Below the pieces are notes generated by a model, which did not search any database, had not been told where the DNA came from, and saw only the letters and a list, made by a program, of their open reading frames with translations. DNA of 32,670 nucleotides from Catajapyx aquilonaris (taxonomy: Eukaryota): the NCBI GenBank assembly GCA_000934665.2, contig JYFJ02005181.1, forward strand, positions 1-32,670. Direction: 5' to 3'. The position numbers and the translations under genes are program-made. Below, one piece after another: positions 1 through 12,855 of the stretch. Numbering within the stretch: position 1 is the stretch's first letter; each line of letters begins with the position of its first letter.

Positions 1-635
1 CGACTCTTGCCATGCCGAAATTAATAAGTCATTTGCATATGTGGCAACATCTCTGAAGTCAACACTTTCACAAAGACGAAAACCGAATACTGCACAGAGG
101 AGGTGGAACCATGTAGCAATAACCACGACATGTGAGTTTCCCTTTACATTTCCAAGAATGTCCTTATCAGACACAGCAGATTCTTAATTAGATAATTGCA
201 TTTACATACTAATGCTGGTTCCCACGAATAAAAGAGCGGCACCATCAACTCAGCACATGGAGGGGCGACCCTTATGGGTACTATTACTTTAATATTTATC
301 TCTTCCGACATAATTATTAGTCGCAACTTCCCTAACTGCATAATTAGAGGGATAACATTTGGAACATTGGAACCATTCAATGGAAAAGTAGGCACATCTA
401 CGGGTTCAAAGTGAAGTGATATAACGCCAGGTACTTGCATTTACAGCATCAGTGATAGACTCCTTTATACTGGAGCTGTAAAAGAAAACTTTGTCTTCTG
501 AAATAAAATTTTGCGCAAACTAATGGCCACGACCACGTGCCACTAATAAAACTGTTCCGTAAGTAAATCGCCTGACGTGTGTTGTGTATCAGTGGATTAG
601 ATTCTACCTGGCCGTCAATATTATCCCTGCGCAAA

Positions 636-3600
636 ACTGCGTCCAGAGACTTGCAAGTTTATATCCTAAAATCCTGATCACACTACTGTATATCTGAGGA
701 GCACAGGAGGTATTTCTATAATATTTTGGGATGAAGTCTGTTGTCATACACCATTGGTCAACATTAGCAGTTTCAACGATAAAGCCGTGCCCAAACAACT
801 TCAAACCAGTTGTTTGCATGACCATTCACCAAGCATGATCTCCTGAAGTTATTTAAGAAATAATAATAATTAAACAATTCAATGAGGCAAAAATGAAGTC
901 ACCCAATGTTTTCCCAGCAGATTATTGAGAATTTAGGGTGTCGGGGAATTTAGAACACAGAACTACAGGGTGTAGCATAGCTAAAGATTAGGTTCGGTAT
1001 GATTTCGCGGTCACTGATTCTGATTTTCAGGCTATACTTACAACCAACCACTACAGGGTGTACCAAAAACACGATCGAATAGTATAAGTGAAAATGGCAA
1101 AATTTTAATTCAAAAAATGCGCATATTAAGCAAAATTATAAAATGTTCAAATGCATTTAAAGAAATGCAATGAAACCTGCCCATTGCCAAAACAATTTCT
1201 GGGCCTATGCGTAGGAACGCAATGTATTTTTGACGATATAACGGAAACCTGTCCATTACAAAAGGTTTTTGGTGTCCCATTCTATTCCGCTACACAGGTT
1301 TCACTGTACCACATAAATACCTTAAATACCACATAAATATGTCGTAGCTTTAGGCTCGGGTCGTATGTCTCATACATGTCGTAGCATGTCGTAGCTTTAC
1401 GCTTGGGTCGTATGTCCCATATTCCACGTAACTTATTACGTCGGCATATTATAATAACAATCAGCCTTACCAATGAGCGATACTGCATGCAACACAAGTA
1501 ATGCATTAAAACCTACCTAAGGGCGCTGTGAAAGAAATTACTTTATTTACACAATTAAATTTAAATAAAGCACCAAGGGTAGGCATTATGTACAATCCCT
1601 ATACAAAGAGTGGGCCAATGAAATTGCAATTTTGTAGCCTATTCAGAAATCAGTTTTGCTTTTGAATTTGCAACTGAAAATTCTTGGGACCAATCAAGAT
1701 TAACCAGCTACCATTTATTCGATGCGACACTATATACGACCAAACTCCATGAAAAAGGGCCGACCATCCGCTACCATCGCGGTCACCATAAGCGGAAACA
1801 TGATGTAGTAGCTGTGTGTCGACATAACGTACAACGACAGGTTAAGGTGTTTTGCCACCAAAAGCTCCCAGAAGTTCTATTTCAGGCGCGCAATAAGAAG
1901 CGATCACTTATGCATTAAAACTACCAGCTCCAATATTGGTGGAGCATCCAAGTGAAAAAGACAACCATGGTATGTTAATCAACGCTGAGCAGAGCAGCCT
2001 CCTTGCTACTTGGAAGGCCCCTACTTGACCGACCCGCCACCAATCAACAAACTCTTCATATGAGCACCTATAACTACTGGACCACCTGTGGAAGTGGTTT
2101 TATTCGGACGAAGAAGACAATGTTTCTCGTATACTGAGACTTTGAAAGAGGATAACTGCAACCTACTGAGACTGCCAACATCGAGTACAATTCCCAGACA
2201 CTGAAAGATGACACCGATCAAGCCTAAACAGTGAGTGGTATTTGCAACAACTTCAAACCACTTGGTTGCATGAACATTCGCCAAGAACCTAATATGTCAA
2301 GGACAATATCGACAACATTCGAGTGAGCTCACTTTAACGTATATACACTCAAGTAACACTCGAACCAATAACCCAACTTGTGGCGACCTACCCATGAAAA
2401 TATGCCACATTAGTTCAATTATAGTTGCGGGCCAACTCCGCACGCACATGACTATACTGCGTAGAGAGACTTGCAAGTTTATTTCCTACAATCATCCAAT
2501 TTTCATGATATTCTTAGAGGAGCATTGAACTTCATTATTCCTTATCATTCCTGATTGTCCACAGTCTTAGTGGACCTGCTCAGTACAGGAGTTACTTAGC
2601 CTATAACTTTTACAATTTTGGGATGTAGTCTGTTGTCATAAACTATTTAGACACAGACACGCTATCTGTCACCTAGGGTCATACCACACGAGCAGTGCAT
2701 TATGATAACAGTTGGTGAAGAATGATAAGTAACGACCAGAAGGAGCAATTAAGAAGGCCATAAAGATGATGGCGTCATACAGGGATGTCCTAATACTACT
2801 CGTCTCTATAAGAAGTACATTAACACCAAGTGAAGGAAAAAGATCAACGCAGGGATGAAGGTTATGATGTTATGACAAAAGCGGACGACACGCCTGATGA
2901 CGGATTAGGTCAAAATATTAACTACTAATATAACACTCCAGAGAACAAATTCTGATACAAGCTACGTACGTATAAGATGAGGGCAGAGGTACTCATCGCA
3001 TAAAATGACACATACAGTTACAGTACATACAGCGTTGTCTTTACTACTGTGCCAGTCATAATATTGGGTTCCTTCATGATAATTGTGTGGAAGGACAAAA
3101 GCCCGTATCAGGAAGGTCGACCGAGGACTGTATTGCTTCGAACCACGTCATCTTAGGAATGAAAGTAGAGGAACTTCTACAGGCACATGGCAGCTGTCCA
3201 ATGAGTGTGTACTAATATTATTCAGGGCGTGGAAATTTGGCGTCACCAAAAAAGTAGACAGAAACATGCCAAACGGACTATTGTTATTCCCAGGCAAAAC
3301 AAAACCTCCAGTTCATTGGATGCAGCGACGCATTATAAAACCACAGAAGGTCATTCACAGCTTCCATGCTGCAAACGGCAGATGATAATGGAAACATTCA
3401 CTTTCCTGCAAGTGAATTATTATTAGCCAATCCGGATTACCTAGCGAAACATATTATAAAAAGGTCACCTTCAAAAAAATAATCCAAAAGGCAATGTGGC
3501 CCTTCCTGAACTATACGTCACTGCAGTTGGTCCAATTATTAAATGATTGGCGCGGACACGAATCTTTTGCCGTAGTCGTTTATCACTACTAGTTATCAAG

Positions 3601-4055
3601 AGAATAAAGTTCAACCACTTTCTGGCGCTTCATTAACCAAACAGTAAAGCTAGAATCAGCGTAGTCAAGGGTCACAGCAGGCCACTTGGATATTTGGAGG
3701 ATTTCACTGACAAATGGGAGTGTAATTACTACGGAAACTTACATTTTCGTAGTCCTCCATCTGTTGGAGAGAAATTATTCCAGCAGAAGTGACAGTAATG
3801 TATTATTTCAATTCCTATAATAACCTTTCCCTTCTCGTACCAATAAGGGATACTGCATGGAACGCAAAGAATGCATTAAAACGATCACACCTAAGTGCGT
3901 TGTGAATAAAAGTACTTTAATTACACCATAATTTTAAATAAAAGATCAAGGATAGACATTATGCACATTCCCTACATCGCAAACAAAAGTGAGGGAAAGG
4001 AGTAGGTCTATCAAATTAATGATTTCGGTTTCGATTCAGAAATCAGTTTTGCTTT
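636..4055. repeat. Degenerate local duplications
   Basis: 636-748 resembles 2456-2640; 794-833 resembles 2246-2285 (36/40 identical); 1450-1662 resembles 3816-4055. Confidence 0.75.
1339..1422. repeat. Short tandem duplication
   Basis: atgtcgtagctttaggctcgggtcgtatgtctcat and atgtcgtagctttacgcttgggtcgtatgtcccat. Confidence 0.7.
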
Positions 4056-4538
4056 CATAATGTAATAAGCTACTAAAATTTTCGATTTATGCTTATAATA
4101 TGAATTCGCAAGGTCTGACTGATAATACTCGATGGCGAATAGCAAACACATGGTTGTCAGTAATTCATTTTCCCAAGCCAGTAGGCTACATAATGATCCA
4201 AGACATCACGTGACTGGTAAATCCATTTATGAAATCTCTGTGAAAATAATATAACGGCACTTATTTGTCCCACAGATTTTTAAAATATTGTATCGTATTG
4301 CTCCGTATAAACAGTTTTAAATATTCATGTCAATAACTAATCACGTACTTTAAATTATCATTTTTAAAGTCGAACACCTTGTTGATGAAGAGAGCGACAA
4401 GCATAAGACCAACGCCTGAACTAGTGACACCACTACATCAGGAATAAAAAAGTCCGAACGGGCCGATTGCTGAGAAAGAAAACGGCCATGACGTACGTCA
4501 CTATAATATGATAAGCAGAACCTTCCCCAGTCATGATA

Positions 4539-4975
4539 TTCGATCAGGTCGATTACAATTGGAAACAGACACAATGTCAATTGCCATTGAAATCTAAGAG
4601 CTACAACAGTGCCAGCAGGCATGGGGTAGCAACAGATACGCCACCGACAGCATCCCCGCAGAAAGTTACTGCCGGCGGTAACTGTGGCTTCCGATCTTTT
4701 CAGTTATGCCCTGACAGGAACGGCAAACTACGACGCAGTCGGACGTAGTAGTTGATTACATGGAGAGCAAGATGGACACCCATTCAGACATGATCTTCTG
4801 GGAACCTAACACCGACATCGAAGCATGAAACTAAGATAGGCCTACTGCTTGAGTAACTAATCCATCACGAATAAAAACTCTCTGTCACATGTCCAAGATT
4901 CGTTGACAACTACACAGCACCCAAAAATCCTTTCCTCGGAATCGTGACTCTACAGAATCATCGGACACTGATTTT
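4539..4975 (+). pseudogene. Frameshifted OTU-family cysteine protease (deubiquitinase) remnant, probably transposon-derived
   Basis: FDQVDYNWKQTQCQL...KVTAGGNCGFRS [+1] FSYALTGTANYDAV [+1] DVVVDYME...; later TA*(W?)VT...IKTLCHM and LQN/GH-like His region. Confidence 0.65.
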
Positions 4976-6720
4976 TAGTACGACAATGCTACTGATGGAT
5001 TTGATGAACAAGGGAAGACAGCCCAACAAACACAGCCGCAGTAAAAACAACGCAATTACAAACTGTGGTGAGCTAAATGACAATAAATGGATTTTCATAA
5101 ATGTAATTTTTTTGACTGTGTTGTCAAGAAGGTTTGTTCCAAGTACAGATAAGGGCAAGTGGAAATCCCCTTGCACGTTCTGAACACAAGTTGACACCAT
5201 TTTGCAAGGCGAGCCACATACTAATAAATTACAAGTACTTATCCTGTATAAAGACTTTAATCGTGCATTAAATTAGACACTCACTGAACTCATACTTCCC
5301 CGACTGATTTATAAATGTTTGGTCCCACACCCCCCACCCCTGCCCATCTCAGACGACAGACACTGAATATTAAATTTAAATATTACACTACCCAGCAATG
5401 GATACGTGAGTGATTGACCAGTGCTTCAGATATTTTTCTTTTTGGTCGTGACGAGATGATCGGGAGAAACGCAAGTTATCTTACGTACTAAATGAAATTA
5501 GGACATACATTTTATAGTATCGCAAAGCTTCATCAAGTACATTTCCTGTACATATTGTTTAGATAACACTGATAAATCTCCCTCTGAATCATCAGTTTAG
5601 CTAATACTATGTCTGTGTAGGCAAATTGTAGACAAATATTGTGTAGACAAATTGAAAGTGGATTATGATCATAGTTGTAATATGTCGTAACCGAATTAGG
5701 TTTCAAGCATATTAGTTCTGCAGAAGGCTTATTTTCGAGTCATATTTGGAATAGATATAAATCTTGGGTTACACATGGTACCTGCTATTATATATCATTT
5801 ATGCTGCAGGATGGAACCCCCCATTTATGTTCATCACGCCGCTCCAACTAGGTAATGTGGCCTTGACGAACAAGTAAACACACTGTTATTATATTCACAG
5901 GTATAACCGTAGTCAACGTCAGAGTTGGTGACGAAATGCAGGACTGTCTACCATGGGTCACAAGGTGTTTTAACTATTTTCCGTAGTCAACAATTACTGT
6001 TATTTAACCACATTATGTTGGGAGTTGCTGACATGTTATGGTCACACAGACTCGTCACTGCAACGTCACTGCAAGGAAAATGGAGCAGGATATTCCACAT
6101 CCCGCCGGGGGATCCCAGTCAGTCAACTCGAGGACGAGGACGAGGACGAGGGGGCTAATCTTCCATAAGAAGACGCCTTGGGTCTACGATCATGTCAACC
6201 ACACTCGTGAACCAGCAATTCTTGACAACAGTGAATAATACACTACTAAGCATATCTTGGGACATCTTCCGTGGGTATTAGAATAGGATAACTCATCACA
6301 TGTTCTTTAAATGTCAGTATTCGTGAAGAACATATCACTCTAAAAATTGGGCATCATTAACCAATGCCATACAATATATTATTTCATAATATATCAGGTT
6401 CCTGGCGCCTTCTATAACTATTTGAAACTTTTAAAAATTGCATATTCACAGCCCTTTGTTGACCCCAACACCTGAGCTACGGATCGCCAAGGTATCACTG
6501 ATGGTTTATAGTACCATCATTCAATTTTCTAGTGCACACTATAAAGTACCATTTGCACCCAATAATCCCGGTGGACCATGCAAAATACAGTAGGTGTCCC
6601 GTATTTTTCAACCCCAAAAATGTGAAAATTCAGATTGCAACAATTACCTGATAATTATTAAGCAACAATGAGTTGAAGTGGTACGATACCTTCTATCCAC
6701 TGCGCCGAGCAACTTCGCGT

Positions 6721-7500
6721 TTGGCTCATGGCCGGTTCAGGAACGTGCGTAACAATGCTATACGAGGAAGGTTCATGTTTGTTGGGCGGTTACTCGCATC
6801 TCATTGTTGGAAGCAAGACCGAATTTGACCATGCACAGGAGGCGGGAAAAGTGGGATCAGAACAGGGGTGTATATATTGGCTGCTTCTTCCACTCATGTG
6901 TCCCGCCAATTGCATTTGTTGCTGCTAACAATGACATCCAAGCAAACGATGATTTCGGTATCACCTGCCACTTTCTAGATTATTTTAATGGCCGGTTGTA
7001 TGAGCATTAACGTTTTGTTTTGTTTAGTTTATTAACCCTGAAGGGCATCCCATGGACACATTTGCACGAAGCAGTAGGCCTACATCGTCCACCACAGACG
7101 TTCTTAGCCCTATATAGGGCGTATACGCATTATGCAATCTGCAGTGGTACTTCGTGCGGCACAACACATCCGCATAATACGTGAATATTCATTACAAAGG
7201 TGCTGAACTGGTCACATCATCACATAGGCCCCAAAGAGCATAATAACTCATATTCTTAATCTCTTTGATATGGCCTATATATACGAAAAACGTGTAAGTA
7301 AAGGTTTGCTTTTACTGCATTTTTATCAGTGTAATTATGTAAAAATCAAGAAGATTATAGTCGAATCACAATTGTCCGTACAAAATCGCCAATCTGATGG
7401 AGTATGTTTTTCCACAGGAAAACGGTGTGGTTCACTCTGACTTGAAGCTTGACAACGCATTGGTTGACCTATCAATAATAAGCTGAGGGTCAAGCTGACT
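6721..7500 (+). pseudogene. Decayed, intron-containing protein kinase gene fragment
   Basis: LAHGRF[a]GTC glycine-loop-like (6721-6748); IVGSK..QEA; IIREY (~7175); DMAYIY (~7270); after acceptor ttttccacag, ENGVVHSDLKLDNALVD (7418-7468) then a frameshifted LRVKLT; DFG not found. Confidence 0.6.
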
Positions 7501-10500
7501 ATACGCGTAACCTAATGCAAATCACTACTATAACATGCCTGAGGGAGTTGTATCCTGTGCATGTCTTCTGTGACAATACCTCTAAACACTTACGATTTAT
7601 TCAAATCTCGGCACCCAGGCATCCAAGCAGGCATCAATGCAACATACGCCGATTAGACCATACCGACAGCACAAGAATTGTCAAACTTCAAAAATTAGAG
7701 AGGGGAAAGATCTACAATAATGTATCGATACAGGAAAAAACACCCTCTAAGCACAAAATATCACGACGAAGTATAATATTACTATGGAAATTTGCATTTT
7801 CATATACTCATATAGTCCTATATGTCATCTCTTCGCCTATTAAGAGGTGTTATTCCAACAGATGTGACTATTGGTTTCCCACCACCCTGAGGAGATAATA
7901 TGGGAACAAGAACTATAGACCCATATTGTGTGTAGCGCTTACTACAATGCCTGGCACAAACAATTGCAAAAATAGTGCCAAACATAATTTCTGGTAATCA
8001 CAATTAGATCATTTCGTTTTATTTTTCCGCATGAGTAAAGAAAGACCAATCTTGGTCATGCAAACACGCCGCGCTTCACATACTCAACACTTCTGGCATC
8101 ATACGACTGGTGTACAGCGAAGTCATCGGGGTTGCAAATGAAAATGACATTACGGTCACAAATTTTGTGCTACGACGTGTTTTTTTTTTACCAAGTTTAC
8201 CCTCTTTTAATCACCTGGAATAATTCGTGTGGCAACAGTGTTTGAACAACCAAAATCATCAGCTCCACTTTTTTTAAAAAAAAGCTTAGTTACAGTGTCT
8301 CTCAGATGTTCCTTTCATGGTTGAACCAATGGCATGACATTAGCACAATAAAGCCACTATACAAGTGAAAAAGGGACGCAAAATTAAATCGGTGAAAGTG
8401 AGGTTGGATATGAACTAATTTCATGCTCGCAGTATGAATTAAGAAATAATGCCTTGCAACATATTATTATGACCAAAGAGATATCTTTCCTCTTACTCCA
8501 ATCACAAAGCTCCCTAGAGTAAATACTTTCTATTTCAATATTTCACAGGACATCTAGCTGAAAACAGGGAGTGAAAACTTGCCCATTGCTCATGACAAGA
8601 CACGACAGGAGTAGCATTTCAAACTCTGGTCATGCACACTGATTATACAAGCTGACATAGCGCAGCTTACACAAACCATTTTTGCAACCTGAAGCACTTT
8701 TGGTCACTGCTAATATTTTGAAGGAAGTGAAATGAGAGCCATATTCGTTGCATGTACACTACCACTCCAAACTATTGACATGTGAGGCATATCAGCATGG
8801 ATTACATGATACAGCCAGAGGAATACCTTCTTTTGAACACCAAACAATACGGACTTCCATGCCTCAGCAATACCATCGGACATGTTGCAAAAATCTTCAA
8901 GACTTCATATGACGATTCTTAATATCTGTTTATATCTCATTGTGTATGTCGCCCTTTTTTGAAATGGGATCCTTTAAGTACAGATGAAACTCTTAAAAAT
9001 TCATGAAACTTGTTCATTTCACTTACATTTTTGTGAATCACATGAATGCAGTTTTATGCACTAAATATGTCAGATGATGCGAATGAATGGGACACTGAAA
9101 ATGGAAACTTCCCTCACACTCCTCCTGAAATGTGGGGCTTAGAAAGTAGCAGTATTTCCTTTTGCCCTTCATCAGCTATCATTTTTAACTATTCTTAATA
9201 GCCGATTCTCACTTTGCAGCAGTGAGATGGACGGAGATGTTACTCATGCATGTCCAAAGACGGACTGGCGAGTAGAGGGTGCAATTAGCAGCTAGCACTT
9301 AACAATTTTGCTAACTATTCCTTATTAATATTATACCACATAAATTAGGTTGGGCTCTGTACCATAGGTGAACTATCAATTTGGAAATCAAATTACAAAT
9401 GCCAAAAACCTTCTTGCTGTGACAGTAGAGTGCTATTGAAAGGAATTAACATGTACGTAGCATATATGTAGCATAATTTTTCCTTATTAACAAACAGACA
9501 TTCAGGCAACGAACTTTCGAAGTTATGTATCTACTAATGAAAGTAACTTCTTGAGAGGCAATACCATATTCAAGGCAGACTATACCAGCAACTACAAAAC
9601 CCACCTGCTTCCCTTGTTCCAAACATATCCAAGAAGAATAAGCAGCGGGCCGAATGGGATTTACATACCGTATGATGTAAAATAGAGGCATAAATAGTCA
9701 TCCATGATATAGTTTGTGCGCTTGTAGACCCCGGACAACTAAGCTAGGTCACATATATAATAAGTCAGAGATGCATTACAGAATCACTTCTTTGCAAATT
9801 ATATTGAAAGTGGGGGAGAAAGTAATGCAGGCCATTTTCTACTCCTTAACTAGACAATGTTCAAAAGCCACAGCCCTATAACTGAGTACACACAGTACAT
9901 AAATAATAATTATCTTCTGAAATTACTTCTGTATTACGTGACGGTGCAGAAACAAAACTACGAGTATATGTTATGCTTAACAATCAGACTAGTCACACAG
10001 CAAAGTCAAACCAAACCAAACCATGGTGCCTCCAGTGCTACTGACATTGGCATTTGTGCATAGCATAAGGGTTGTCACTGTTGGCGATGTCTGGTTACCT
10101 ATAATAACTAATTAGTAAAGAGGTGCGTTGAAAAATTACAGCTTACCAAAATCATTATGAGCATCTTTCTTTTCCGATGATAGGTTTACCTTGACACCAC
10201 AATTAGGATGCAAATAAGGTTGTTACAGTATCATTGTTCAAGAGTAACTATGTGTGCTTCCTACATGAAGTATGGCTTCCTCCTATTAGATATTAGAAGG
10301 CAGTTTGCTTTGAACCACTCACTCACAGTGCAGGATGCCCCAAGGCAGTACTACCTTTTCCAACTCATTTTCAAACTGTTTCGTTGTGTTGCTTGGTGAG
10401 ATCATTAATGTCATAGTAAACATCAGCAGATCATATATTTCATGTAGATGAAGGTATCACAAATATTTACCAACAGAAATAATCTAATGTGTCCTAAATA

Positions 10501-10780
10501 CATGGGTAGCATTGCAACTATTTTCCAGACAGTCCAATTGGATGTTTCATTGCGAAGGGGCCAAAGAGCAACCCCGCTTATGTCTAACATATGCACCCCC
10601 TACGACCTGTATCATATTGGCAGATTTATTAGTATACACCCTGTAGATTCACGTTTTATATGACAGACTTGTGAGTGTATAAATCAACAAGTTTACAAAC
10701 ATTATATTATGTGGTTGTGAAACATAAAATAGTCAATGCCTTTCATCACTAGCATTTCTAGCATTGCTTTCTAATTTTCA

Positions 10781-11210
10781 GAAAATGCAAAGAAGAGTGA
10801 CGAAGCTGATCCATCCATGCAAGACTTTCTCAGCAATCAATTATTCAGACTGTCCAGACCTGTTGTTGACAGAGTACACCTGGTTAAAAAGCCAGACAAA
10901 AAGTACGTACTGTGCAGGAAATCCACGACTTATTAGGAATTATAGGCCAAGTATACAACCCCGGAGAAGCTACAATGGATATGGAAGGAGGATGACGTCC
11001 AGATGCTTATTCCTGATAGATTCAGCCACGAAAAAAAACCCTTCAGAGAATCACCATCAACCACCACCAGCACATTCCACCACACAACCTCGCTTCAATC
11101 ATAGTCAGAACTCCAGTTCACGACCCATCATATGTCAAGACCAGTATAAAACTCATAGAAACACCACATACGGCCCAACTGGCTATTGCTCCGACGAAGA
11201 CGAAGAATAA
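10781..11210 (+). pseudogene. Possible decayed terminal exon with BESS-like helix and low-complexity tail (Harbinger ORF2-like)
   Basis: Acceptor taattttcag; DPSMQDFLSNQLFRLSRPVVDRV then frameshifted QEIHDLL; tail HQPPP...SDEDEE*. Confidence 0.25.
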
Positions 11211-11310
11211 TGACAGCACAAGGAACAGAGAATAATGACAGCACAAGGAACATAGAATAATGACCAAGTAAGTAGTACCAAGAGCAATAATGACCACATA
11301 TAAGGAACAT
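11204..11310. repeat. 25-bp minisatellite, two near-perfect plus two degenerate units
   Basis: agaataatgacagcacaaggaaca(g/t) repeated. Confidence 0.8.
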
Positions 11311-11388
11311 TTGTGGTCCAAACCCATTGCTTCGATGAGGACAAAGAATCTGAAAGAATCATGGCCTCTACACACACTCATTAACTCA

Positions 11389-11671
11389 CCCTGGGCCGCC
11401 CATGGGCCGCCCTTGGTTGCATTCCGAACAGAACGAGGCGCAAAGGACGCCAACTGAAAGTGGGTGGGGCGGGTGGAAAACGGAAAAGGGGAAAACAAGA
11501 TGGCGGATTCGAATAGTGTGATTTACACGGTGGACGCAAGACACGCCTCTCTTCGCTCCAATTGGTCTGTAATCCATGATAAGAATAACTGAGCCAATCG
11601 CGAATCAGCGCGCATTTACCAATTCATACCAATGTAAAAACAGTATAATCTTATAATTTTGCGCATGCGCA
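11389..11671 (-). promoter_or_regulatory. Orphan promoter-like cluster and first exon of an unidentified minus-strand transcript
   Basis: NRF1-type TGCGCATGCGCA (11660-11671), CCAAT at 11558, 11594, 11619 and 11629, YY1-type CGCCATCTTG on minus (11496-11505), GC box 11466-11473, donor CAGG|GTGAGT on minus at 11390/11389. Confidence 0.5.
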
Positions 11672-12194
11672 GTACAGCCAGCGGCATTATTGGGTTGAAA
11701 ATATTAGCTGACAATATTATATTAAATAAATTATTATCTACCACATTAAATTTAGGTTTACAGAAAAAGGCATTAAATTAAACATTGTTCATTCCAGCAA
11801 CCTGTTTTAAGGAGAAGCAACCGATTTTTTTTTCAGGTATATCTTTCATATTAATTTCATATCATATTTCATTTTATAATTTTTGTCTTTAAATTTCTGT
11901 GCATTTTGGCAGGTTAAGTGTAGGTGAAACGTACTTTTAACTTGACTTTTAACATGCAACAGGGAGTCATCAACAATACCAGTACTTCATGTCAATTAAA
12001 AGATGAATGGACAATGCATGGATGATCCCCTACGAGGCCTATCATGGGGCATCCACTATTTATTATCATCATCATCATAATATTAAAGTAGAATAAGGTA
12101 AACATACATATTTGTTGACCTTCACGTAGTTATGTTAGTACAGCAGTGTAAGAAAATAGTTAAAAACCATGTACTTCCAAGTTCCAGCCCTAGT

Positions 12195-12855
12195 CAGTGC
12201 CGCCTTAACTGCAAGACAGGCTCCCGGGCAAAGCAGGGCAGTCGTGGGGCCCCTTGCTACACAATCACTCAAGAAGAATGAAAATGTAAATGGTCGATAA
12301 AATAAAACACAATACGTATTTGTGTATTTTAAATATACTGAGGAAATTATTTGTATCAATGGTTAATCAAGAACAAATGCAGGCGTGTAGGCAGAAATTT
12401 TTTTCGGGGGAGGGCCCGTAGCCGTAGAGGGCGGGGAGCAAGGCCGCCGCAGGCCAAGTCATTTTTTTGGGGGGGGAAGGGGGGGGTTCAAGGTTAAGAG
12501 CTTAGGTGAATGTGGGAGATTTGAATGGGTGTGTATTTGATGAAATTGGTAGCACTTTTTCAAAAAAAAAACGATCATGAATTAGTAATTTCTAATGTTA
12601 TTTCGAGCGCCTGCCTATCCCACTGACAAATAGTCTAGTACGCACTACAAGTATAGCCTACTCTCCTCCTATTGATGAGTTGAATCAAATTACTGATTTT
12701 CTCATTTTAGAGTACAAGTTCTCCAGTCTCTAGGTTCGTATGGTGTTTTTAAAAAATATATTAATTAAAAAAAAAACAGCAAGTCCCATGGGGCCCCTAT
12801 ACTCCTGCGGCCCCCGGGCAGCAGCCCAGCTAGCCCATACGGTAAGACGGCACTG
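12195..12855. mobile_element. hAT-type MITE with a probable nested second hAT-like fragment (~12380-12495)
   Basis: TIRs CAGTGCCGCCTTA / TAAGACGGCACTG; flanks gccctagt / accctcgt (6/8, decayed 8-bp TSD); internal CAGGCGTGTAGGCAGAAATTTTTTTCGGGGG start. Confidence 0.75.

Noticed and set aside
8000..10760. C/D box snoRNAs in the putative minus-strand introns
   Set aside because: C-box-like motifs (e.g. GTGATGA near 10749) lack a suitably placed CTGA and terminal stem
11118..11498. Hydrophobic minus-strand ORF resembling a membrane protein
   Set aside because: Hydrophobicity derives from the antisense of a purine-rich 25-bp repeat; linking it to the MGGPG exon would need a 40-nt intron
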